A stretch of 64,000 bases of DNA from a virus: IMG/VR virus record IMGVR_UViG_3300017987_000070, positions 1 through 64,000 of that record; one strand, 5' to 3'. Shown one piece after another: positions 1 through 6,835 of this stretch (the stretch's first letter is position 1; the number at the start of each line of letters is the position of its first letter). A program made the translations under genes and the position numbers. Below the pieces are notes generated by a model, which ran no database searches, was not told where the DNA came from, and saw nothing but the letters and a program-made list of their open reading frames with translations.

Positions 1-71
1 CGTTGATCTCATGACCCCCGACAGGTGGGCCATCTTCACCTTGAACACACACACCATGAGGTCACATTCAG

Positions 72-854
72 ATGACAGAAAAAACTCTTGACATTCTGCC
101 TTCCTTCTCTGGCTACAAAGAAGGCACCTTGTGCTTCAAGACTGGCGCGGGGAGCCTCGAAGACGGAGGTACACTAGGTCCCTCCGCGATCTCTCAATTC
201 TACGAACGTGTGATCTTAGGAGACTCTTTCCCTCCCAAGATGATCATCAACCACACCTCGACGATGGACTTTGCCCTGGCGTTCCTCCTCTTTAGCCGAC
301 CCGAACTCGTCTTGGAGACGAGAACCGCAGGGTTGGTACGTGCGGTTGACCTCTACACGAGGCTCGGGGTCGTGGGCTTGTCTGTTCTCCCGGCATATGA
401 CCGCAGGCTCTTGGAGAAGGCTCAGGGGATGATGCAACAACAGGGTTCCTCGGTCGAAGCTCAGTTTCAAGGGATTCGTAAGGCAGCGGCCATCTTCGAG
501 GAAGAGATCCGCCTCTCTTCCGTACTGCCGGATGAGCCTCCCTTCGAGGTCTTGGACGAACACGACGGCTTCGTCCGGTACAAGGCCAACATGCCCTGTC
601 TACCCGAGGTGTACGCCGCAGGGTATATGGGAGGTCAGTGGGAGGCAGGGTCTTTGTCTATGGTCTTCAAGAGATCTCCCCTGGTTACGGATTTACCTCT
701 TGACAGGCTTCGATCAACCCTGGATAATGACACTCTTAAAGACGTGTGGCTTGCCGTCGACGACGCCACGCTCATGTCTAAACGAGGTCTCACGGAGACC
801 GAACACGAGAGGACCTGGGTGACCCTCAAGTCCTTTCTAGGAGAAGCAGGATGA
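72..854 (+). CDS. Hypothetical protein (possible degenerate DHH-like phosphoesterase fold)
   Basis: 260-aa ORF with ATGA coupling to the next gene. The NHTSTMDFALAFLLF..P.LV segment loosely resembles DHH-type motifs, but catalytic residues are not clear. Confidence 0.5.
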   Translation: MTEKTLDILPSFSGYKEGTLCFKTGAGSLEDGGTLGPSAISQFYERVILGDSFPPKMIINHTSTMDFALAFLLFSRPELVLETRTAGLVRAVDLYTRLGVVGLSVLPAYDRRLLEKAQGMMQQQGSSVEAQFQGIRKAAAIFEEEIRLSSVLPDEPPFEVLDEHDGFVRYKANMPCLPEVYAAGYMGGQWEAGSLSMVFKRSPLVTDLPLDRLRSTLDNDTLKDVWLAVDDATLMSKRGLTETEHERTWVTLKSFLGEAG

Positions 855-1486
855 ACGTTCATCAGGTACTCGAAGCCGCTTTCGTTACGATCTCTCTGTA
901 CTTCAACCCTACCCCGGAACCCGTAGCGGCCCCGGAGCCTCAGTACGTCGTGCAGCTTCCTCCTGTTCAGCAGGAGGGGCTAGCTTCGTTCTACGGCGCG
1001 GGTGAGAAGGGGATGCATGGGAAGAAGACCGCCACGGGTGAGAAGTTCAACCCCGAGGATCACACCTGTGCGTCACGGTCTCTTCCTTTGAACTCCACGG
1101 TCATCGTGGAAGATGTCCTCACTGGCAACTGGACGTACTGTAGGGTCAACGATCGTGGTCCGTATGGCGCCAAGCTTTACGACCGAGCCGGAGGGGGTTG
1201 GGCGGCCATGTTCAGGCGTAAGGGGGGCTACCTCATCAAGCGCCGGATCGATGGCAAGTGGCAACCCGGCGAGTTCTTCAAGCGGAGGCCGGGTAAGTAC
1301 CGAGGAGTCATGGATATGTCCTACGGAACCGCCAAGGCCCTTGGGGTAGACCTTGACGCGGGTTTGAACCGTGTCAGGGTTCGGTACTGGGATGGGAACC
1401 CTCGCTATGGGTTCTCTCCTCTGGTTCGCCGCGTCCCTTCTCCTACGGCTCAGTGTTCATCGAAGGCGCCTATCTGCGGGGGCTGA
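851..1486 (+). CDS. rlpA: RlpA-like (double-psi beta-barrel) lytic transglycosylase
   Basis: Motifs GLASFYG, TATGEKFN, TCASRSLPLNS, VNDRGPY and MDMSYGTAKALG match the RlpA DPBB domain. Hydrophobic N-terminus. Confidence 0.85.
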   Translation: MNVHQVLEAAFVTISLYFNPTPEPVAAPEPQYVVQLPPVQQEGLASFYGAGEKGMHGKKTATGEKFNPEDHTCASRSLPLNSTVIVEDVLTGNWTYCRVNDRGPYGAKLYDRAGGGWAAMFRRKGGYLIKRRIDGKWQPGEFFKRRPGKYRGVMDMSYGTAKALGVDLDAGLNRVRVRYWDGNPRYGFSPLVRRVPSPTAQCSSKAPICGG

Positions 1487-1609
1487 ACCGCAAGCATCTT
1501 CTTATACACCTCGGTCATTGAGTGTTGTGCGCTAGTTTTTTTGTACGAACTGGTCACAGAACTTCTACTCAATGCATAGAGCATCTCCGCTCGCGAACCG
1601 AGGTACCCC

Positions 1610-3322
1610 ATGAAAGACATGCAAGAGATTGAACGCGCGCTTCGTATCGTAGAAGCGAAGTTGGCGCGCGTAAAGACCGCCGCCAAGGAGCGTCAAGCTC
1701 GAATCCGTGCCAAGATCGCGGGCCTGCAAGGCTTCGCCGCCTCGGAGGAAGCGACGGACGCACAGCGTCTAGAGATCCGCAAGGCTCTGGCTTCCCTTGA
1801 AGCCGGGATGCAGAACATCATGCCTCCCCTTGAGGACGTTGAGAAGGAAGTGGACCGTATCTACGGCGATCAGTCCCTCAACTCCACCTATTACTTCTCT
1901 CGCCGCAACCTCAAGAGCGCTTCTTCAAGCGCTTTGGACAAGTTTCACGACGAGTTGGAGGCGTTTCTTTACCCCCCAGGACAAGGGTCAAGAGAGCCTC
2001 GTGGCGATGTTGATTCCATGCTTAGTGTTTATTATCAAGATCTTGGGAGTGCAGATGAACGAAGGTTGATGGACGATTTGCCTGCAATGAAGAAGCTTTT
2101 GGAACGGGAAAAGCGTCGGCTGAACAATCGTAGAGCCTCGACCAAGCGTGACCCGAAGGTCGCAGCTTTCTTGCGTCAAAGCGAGGCGAGGGAGATCCCC
2201 TGGACTGAACTCACTTACGAGCAGGTTCAAGAGGTTATCGACGACATCTACGGCAACCAGAGCGACAACCAGACCTACTACTTCAACCGCGCTGCCCACA
2301 CTCTTCGCGCGATCGAAGCATCTATGGGAGGTCGCACTGAGATGTCTCTCGTAGACGTCATGAAGCAGATGGATTCTCTCTACGGAGACCTCTCCAAGAA
2401 TGAGACGTACTACCCCTCTCGTCGTCACGAAGACACGATGGACATGGTATCCATCGCAGGTGAAGACGAAGAGATGGAAGACGACGAGTCAAAAAAAAAG
2501 GACTCTAATTGGCAAGTAGACGAGCAGCACTACCTGCTCTCGGATGACTTCTCCGACTCGGGGCATCAGCGCATGTCAGGGTATGAGATCCCCGGCTACT
2601 TCGCTAACGACAACTTCGACTCTCATAATACGGTGGCTCCGACGTACCGCGTAGACAACACGGTGGATACCTTTGGTTACTGGGGCGACGAGGTGGACGA
2701 GATGCCTCACGTGGTCCAGAACCGTGCTCCGGTGCAAGCTCAGACGCGTGAGGCGGGTTCCATGAACCCCATCGCTAAGACCATCTATCAGCAGATGGGT
2801 GGCCGTCGCATGGGCGCCATGATTGGTGTGCAGCAGTACATCAACCTCCCGAACGGCCTCGGCATCAAGTGGCCAAACAAGCAGCGCTCCAGAGGCAACT
2901 ACGTTGAGGTGCTCCTCAACGGTAAAGACCTCTACGATATGACGTTCTACAATGTCTCCCGTAGTGGTAAGAAGCTCGTGAAGAAGTACGCTGACCTCTA
3001 CGCGGAGAGCCTCGTACCTGTCTTCGAGGACCAAACGGGCTGGTACCTGCGGATGTCTTCGGTCAAGACCGCAGCGCTTTCGGGCGCTGACAAGAACGTG
3101 CTCATGGCTTTCCTTGACCACCGTCCAATGGAAGGCAAGATGCTCGTCACCGATGGGGTCAAGCTGGAGAAGATGGGCATGGGAGGACGCGTCATGGCAG
3201 AGTGGGTTCGTGGTAAGGTAGAGGCCACAGATGACCCTCACACCCGCTCGGATGAGGTCATTCTTCGAGCCCTCAAAAAGCACACTCCGAGCAAACTACT
3301 CATCACCTCTCCTACGCTTTGA
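1610..3322 (+). CDS. Modular virion/head-associated protein (coiled-coil N-terminus, 3 internal repeats, conserved phage domain)
   Basis: 570 aa with RBS GAGG. Three D-x-(I/L)YG-x-x-S-x-N-x-TYY repeats, KTAA motifs, and an IAKTIYQQMGG...DLYDMTF...FEDQTG domain typical of phage hypotheticals. Confidence 0.65.
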   Translation: MKDMQEIERALRIVEAKLARVKTAAKERQARIRAKIAGLQGFAASEEATDAQRLEIRKALASLEAGMQNIMPPLEDVEKEVDRIYGDQSLNSTYYFSRRNLKSASSSALDKFHDELEAFLYPPGQGSREPRGDVDSMLSVYYQDLGSADERRLMDDLPAMKKLLEREKRRLNNRRASTKRDPKVAAFLRQSEAREIPWTELTYEQVQEVIDDIYGNQSDNQTYYFNRAAHTLRAIEASMGGRTEMSLVDVMKQMDSLYGDLSKNETYYPSRRHEDTMDMVSIAGEDEEMEDDESKKKDSNWQVDEQHYLLSDDFSDSGHQRMSGYEIPGYFANDNFDSHNTVAPTYRVDNTVDTFGYWGDEVDEMPHVVQNRAPVQAQTREAGSMNPIAKTIYQQMGGRRMGAMIGVQQYINLPNGLGIKWPNKQRSRGNYVEVLLNGKDLYDMTFYNVSRSGKKLVKKYADLYAESLVPVFEDQTGWYLRMSSVKTAALSGADKNVLMAFLDHRPMEGKMLVTDGVKLEKMGMGGRVMAEWVRGKVEATDDPHTRSDEVILRALKKHTPSKLLITSPTL

Positions 3323-3331
3323 AGATCCTCT

Positions 3332-3418
3332 TATGAGGTAGGTTGATACCGACTGCAACCTACCTCATACCTCCTTTTAGGGCTCCTGTCCTACCTTCAT
3401 GTCGGTACCGTTTTGAAG
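3332..3418 (+). ncRNA. Candidate structured cis-RNA (14-bp hairpin plus two small hairpins, possible kissing loop) upstream of the tail tube gene
   Basis: tatgaggtaggttg (3332-3345) pairs perfectly with caacctacctcata (3356-3369). Loop taccgac is complementary to gtcggta (3401-3407) inside the cttca/tgaag hairpin. Confidence 0.4.
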
Positions 3419-3464
3419 AAGTTGATGCGAAAGATCTGACCTTAACCCTTCGCAGGAGACTTCT

Positions 3465-4133
3465 GTGAGAGACAACGACTCATACATTTACCGTCGCGGC
3501 ACGACTCCCAACACACGAGTCGTCGTGAGCCAGAAGAACAAGATCTTCTCTGTCGCTCATGATAACGCCGCCTTCTCCCAGGTGGGCGTCATGTCCTCCT
3601 TCTCCGTTTCGGAGGCCCGTAGTGTCGAGCCCGTCCGTGGTATCGGTTACGGCGATCAGATTGCCGAGCTTGTCCCCGGTGTCACGGACCCCATCGGGCT
3701 CTCAATCGAGCGTCAGTTGCTCTACCTCGCGAACGCGCACCAAGTGTTCGGTTACGCAGGTGGTGTTGACGGTCTCGTGCGATCTCTGAAGCATCACCAG
3801 TGGCCGTTTGATATCAAGCACGAGCTTGTGTTCTCGCGTATCGCGACGAACGCTTCTGTTCCCAAGCAGGTCTCCCCTGCGACGGATGGCGCCAACGAGG
3901 CTCTCTTGACCTTCTTCGAGGCGTGCTGGCTCAACGACTACTCCTACGACTTCGCGGCAGACGGCGCGATGGTCGCGGAGTCGGTTTCAGCTACGGTCTC
4001 CGACATCGTAGACGGTACGAGCACCTACGGGCAGCTCGCTTCCGACGCCGAGTCCACGGGTAACAACCCATTCTCGGATGTCACGGGTGGTTCGTTCCGC
4101 TACGGTTCTGGTACCGGAGTCCCAACCTTCTGA
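3465..4133 (+). CDS. Tail tube protein
   Basis: Strong RBS AGGAGA before GTG and optimised codons. VGVMSSFSVSE..VEPVRGIG...ELVPG, PFDI and CWLNDYS..F...G..VAESVS match myovirus tube proteins. Confidence 0.75.
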   Translation: MRDNDSYIYRRGTTPNTRVVVSQKNKIFSVAHDNAAFSQVGVMSSFSVSEARSVEPVRGIGYGDQIAELVPGVTDPIGLSIERQLLYLANAHQVFGYAGGVDGLVRSLKHHQWPFDIKHELVFSRIATNASVPKQVSPATDGANEALLTFFEACWLNDYSYDFAADGAMVAESVSATVSDIVDGTSTYGQLASDAESTGNNPFSDVTGGSFRYGSGTGVPTF

Positions 4134-4162
4134 TCTCAATTGAGATTCCTTCTTTACCTCAA

Positions 4163-4196
4163 GGGGGATAGGAATGTCCTATCCCCCCTTCTTTTT
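4163..4196 (+). terminator. Rho-independent terminator
   Basis: gggggatagga/tcctatccccc stem followed by cttcttttt, after the tail tube stop codon. Confidence 0.75.
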
Positions 4197-5234
4197 GGAG
4201 CCTTACATGAACAAGCTAGCCAAACAACTGATCAAGCTCGGACATACGAATCCTGAACTTCGAGACCATCTTCGCCCTGTGTTGGATAAGATCGCCGCGC
4301 GGGTAGACTTTGGTGCTGTAGATTGGTATGAAACTTGGGCGGAGGGTTTTGAACGCTCTACAAGTGGTTTAGAATCTTTGGTCCGTCAAGTCAAAGGTGT
4401 CGAAGACCTTTCGTTCGACATCAACTGGAATAAGCATTACATGCTAATCGAGGTAGATACCTCTCTAGTTTCACCTTCCAAGGGAGGTAGACCTCATAGC
4501 TTTGATCTGTATGTAGCTTGGTATGATAAGAAGCCAGAGGTACTTACCGTAGAACTAGAGGGTGCAAAGGACATTTCCCTGCCGCTAGATTTGAAACGCT
4601 ACGTCAAACCGGGTTCAGACCCGGATTGGGATGGAGTTGCTGATCATGTGGATGACGTTCTCTACAAGAACTTCAAAAAGGTTTTGACGAAGGCTTTAAG
4701 CTCTGAAGCCAAGAAACACAAGCTGGTCACACAAGCTGAGTACGATAAGATGGTAGCCGAGAAGGAGAAAGCCGAATCGCCTGCCCAAGAGAAAAAAGAG
4801 CGTGCTAAATCAGCCCCAAGTATTGAGAAGCTTGTTCCTGCTCTTAAGGAAGCTCTCCGCAAGGATCGTAACATCTATGTAAACGGAATCGACCTCCCCG
4901 GTAAAGGTCGTGCTGAAAGAAATGAGATCCTCGTGGATTTCTATGACGAGAGAGTACCAGACCTCTTTGACGATCCCAATTTTTATTCAGCGGTTGACCG
5001 TGCCAACGAGGCCGTTGAGAAGCTTCTGAAAGCCGAGCTGCGACCCTTCAAGTCTATGATCACTAAGATGAACATCGAAGGGGACATGGATGACGCCAAC
5101 AGGTTTCTTCTCGCAATCAAGTTGAAGTGACCCACTTACCCTCATTTTGGAGCCTACCATGAACAAGCTCGCAACACAACTCATTCGTCTGGGACATGAG
5201 CATCCTGACCTTCGAGACCACCTTCGTCCTGTGT
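4192..5234 (+). repeat. Two copies (about 4192-4290 and 5144-5240) of a ~95-bp RBS+leader-coding repeat
   Basis: ttttggagcctt/tac(c)atgaacaagct...cctga(a/c)cttcgagacca(t/c)cttcg(c/t)cctgtgttggat occurs at both gene starts. Confidence 0.8.
4207..5130 (+). CDS. Leader-bearing hypothetical protein (putative internal head/cargo protein)
   Basis: RBS GGAG then ATG at 4207 (the ORF-track start 4174 lies in the terminator). Begins MNKLAKQLIKLGHTNPELRDHLRPVL. More AT-rich than neighbours. Confidence 0.7.
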   Translation: MNKLAKQLIKLGHTNPELRDHLRPVLDKIAARVDFGAVDWYETWAEGFERSTSGLESLVRQVKGVEDLSFDINWNKHYMLIEVDTSLVSPSKGGRPHSFDLYVAWYDKKPEVLTVELEGAKDISLPLDLKRYVKPGSDPDWDGVADHVDDVLYKNFKKVLTKALSSEAKKHKLVTQAEYDKMVAEKEKAESPAQEKKERAKSAPSIEKLVPALKEALRKDRNIYVNGIDLPGKGRAERNEILVDFYDERVPDLFDDPNFYSAVDRANEAVEKLLKAELRPFKSMITKMNIEGDMDDANRFLLAIKLK

Positions 5235-5650
5235 TGGATGAGGTCCTCAAGGTGTCGAGTCAGGGTCTCAAGCTCAATGACCTCAAGCTCAACTCTTCGA
5301 CGCGCACGAAGGTAAACACTTGGATGGCTCGCTTCGATCATGATGCCCCTGCGGCAGAGATGGCCGGAGGGAGGGGGTACTTCCCGGCGAACACTGGAGG
5401 TATCTTCCAGAACGCCTCTCGCCCCATGAACCTGGGTGACTTCCGAGACACCGTGGCTATGGGCAATAACACCATCCTCTTCGGCGTCGCGAGTCATGAC
5501 CGTCGTGGGCAGAGGTTCGGGCGCGGCTTTCTGACGACCATGCCTAGCTTCGACGCGGCGAACCTCGCTCGCCAAGGCATCGAGTGTGTTCGGGTTGACG
5601 ACGTTCACCACCTCTGGTACTGTTACATTCCGTTCACTTACGGCTCTTGA
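5159..5650 (+). CDS. Leader-bearing hypothetical protein
   Basis: RBS GGAG, ATG at 5159. Begins MNKLATQLIRLGHEHPDLRDHLRPVL. Confidence 0.7.
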   Translation: MNKLATQLIRLGHEHPDLRDHLRPVLDEVLKVSSQGLKLNDLKLNSSTRTKVNTWMARFDHDAPAAEMAGGRGYFPANTGGIFQNASRPMNLGDFRDTVAMGNNTILFGVASHDRRGQRFGRGFLTTMPSFDAANLARQGIECVRVDDVHHLWYCYIPFTYGS

Positions 5651-5661
5651 GGGAATACCTC

Positions 5662-6726
5662 ATGGACAAACTGTCAAATAAACTCATCAAACTCGGGTAC
5701 ACGAACCCTGAGCTTCGCCCGCACCTCCGAACCCTCTTGAAAAATCTCGATCGTCAAGATACCCATATCCGAGATAGATCGGACAAGATCGCTGGAGGTA
5801 AGATTGAGCCTCTAGGTTTTGACCCTTCAGGGCGCCCTATGTACCTGCACGAGCAGGTGTTCGGCAAGAATAGCTACGTGCGTGACCTCCAGAAGCGCTC
5901 AATCGATCGTAAATACAATTTAGCTATTCGGCACGCAACAAATGGCAGTCTGGCCGAAACCTTGGGCAAGACTCTTAGGCGCAAACTGGAAGGGATATTC
6001 GAAGCAGAGCCAGAGAGCACGCGTGGCGCGGTAATTGACGAGGGTGATGAGGACGGTCAGGCGTGGGCTCGTCTCGTACTGAGGCTTCCCAACACAAACC
6101 TAAAGCTATCTCGGTCCAAGGCCCACACCTTTGCTGTGATTATCGCACAAACCTATTCGGTGGATAAGGTTTGTGTGGCTCAACTCGACGACCTTTCGGA
6201 GTACAATGGCGATCTCTATCTGGAGATTTCATGGTGGGGAGCGATCTGGGACGAAGACCTCGTGAGCTACTACCGTGAGGAAATGGAGCGCAAGCGCAGG
6301 GAAGAAGAGGAGAAAGAGCGTCTCCGTCTTGAGAAAGAGAAGGCTCGTGAAGAGGAAGAGCGCCGTAAGAAGGACCCTGCCTACATTCGGGGCCAGATCA
6401 TGTCTGAACTCGAATACGCCTTGAAAAGTCTGGACTCGGGGAGAGGACGTTACGTTAGTAGTCCCACTCTCGAAGGGAGCTTCATCTATGGAAGCTACCG
6501 CTCCAACCTCGACGAAGACGGTAGTGAGTATGACGACTACTACGAAGACGAGGATGGTGACGATCCGGGCGAGTCCAACTCCTATGAGGAGGCCGTTTCT
6601 TTCGAGGAGGAACGTGCGGAAGAGCGCATAATGAACTACCTTAAAGAGTACGAAAAGCACATCAAAGGCGTTTTTGTTGAGCAAGGCGACAAGAACTACA
6701 TGGAAGTAACCGTGACTCTTAAGTGA
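5662..6726 (+). CDS. Leader-bearing hypothetical protein with charged coiled-coil
   Basis: RBS GAGG, ATG at 5662. Begins MDKLSNKLIKLGYTNPELRPHLRTLL. E/K/R-rich middle and acidic C-terminal domain. Confidence 0.7.
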   Translation: MDKLSNKLIKLGYTNPELRPHLRTLLKNLDRQDTHIRDRSDKIAGGKIEPLGFDPSGRPMYLHEQVFGKNSYVRDLQKRSIDRKYNLAIRHATNGSLAETLGKTLRRKLEGIFEAEPESTRGAVIDEGDEDGQAWARLVLRLPNTNLKLSRSKAHTFAVIIAQTYSVDKVCVAQLDDLSEYNGDLYLEISWWGAIWDEDLVSYYREEMERKRREEEEKERLRLEKEKAREEEERRKKDPAYIRGQIMSELEYALKSLDSGRGRYVSSPTLEGSFIYGSYRSNLDEDGSEYDDYYEDEDGDDPGESNSYEEAVSFEEERAEERIMNYLKEYEKHIKGVFVEQGDKNYMEVTVTLK

Positions 6727-6748
6727 GGCTCACGTACAGTTAGAGCAG

Positions 6749-6785
6749 AGGCCCCCGGAACACACTCCGGGGGCTTTTCTTTTTG
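6749..6785 (+). terminator. Rho-independent terminator
   Basis: gcccccgga/tccgggggc stem followed by ttttcttttt. Confidence 0.85.
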
Positions 6786-6835
6786 TGTAGACCTCAAAGT
6801 GAATGACTAGCTGATTCCATCCAAGAGGCTCTACC

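Noticed and set aside
3422-3429. TTGATGCG shared upstream of the tail tube gene and gene 57778 as a late promoter
   Set aside because: Only two occurrences of an 8-mer; not found before other structural genes, so support is insufficient.
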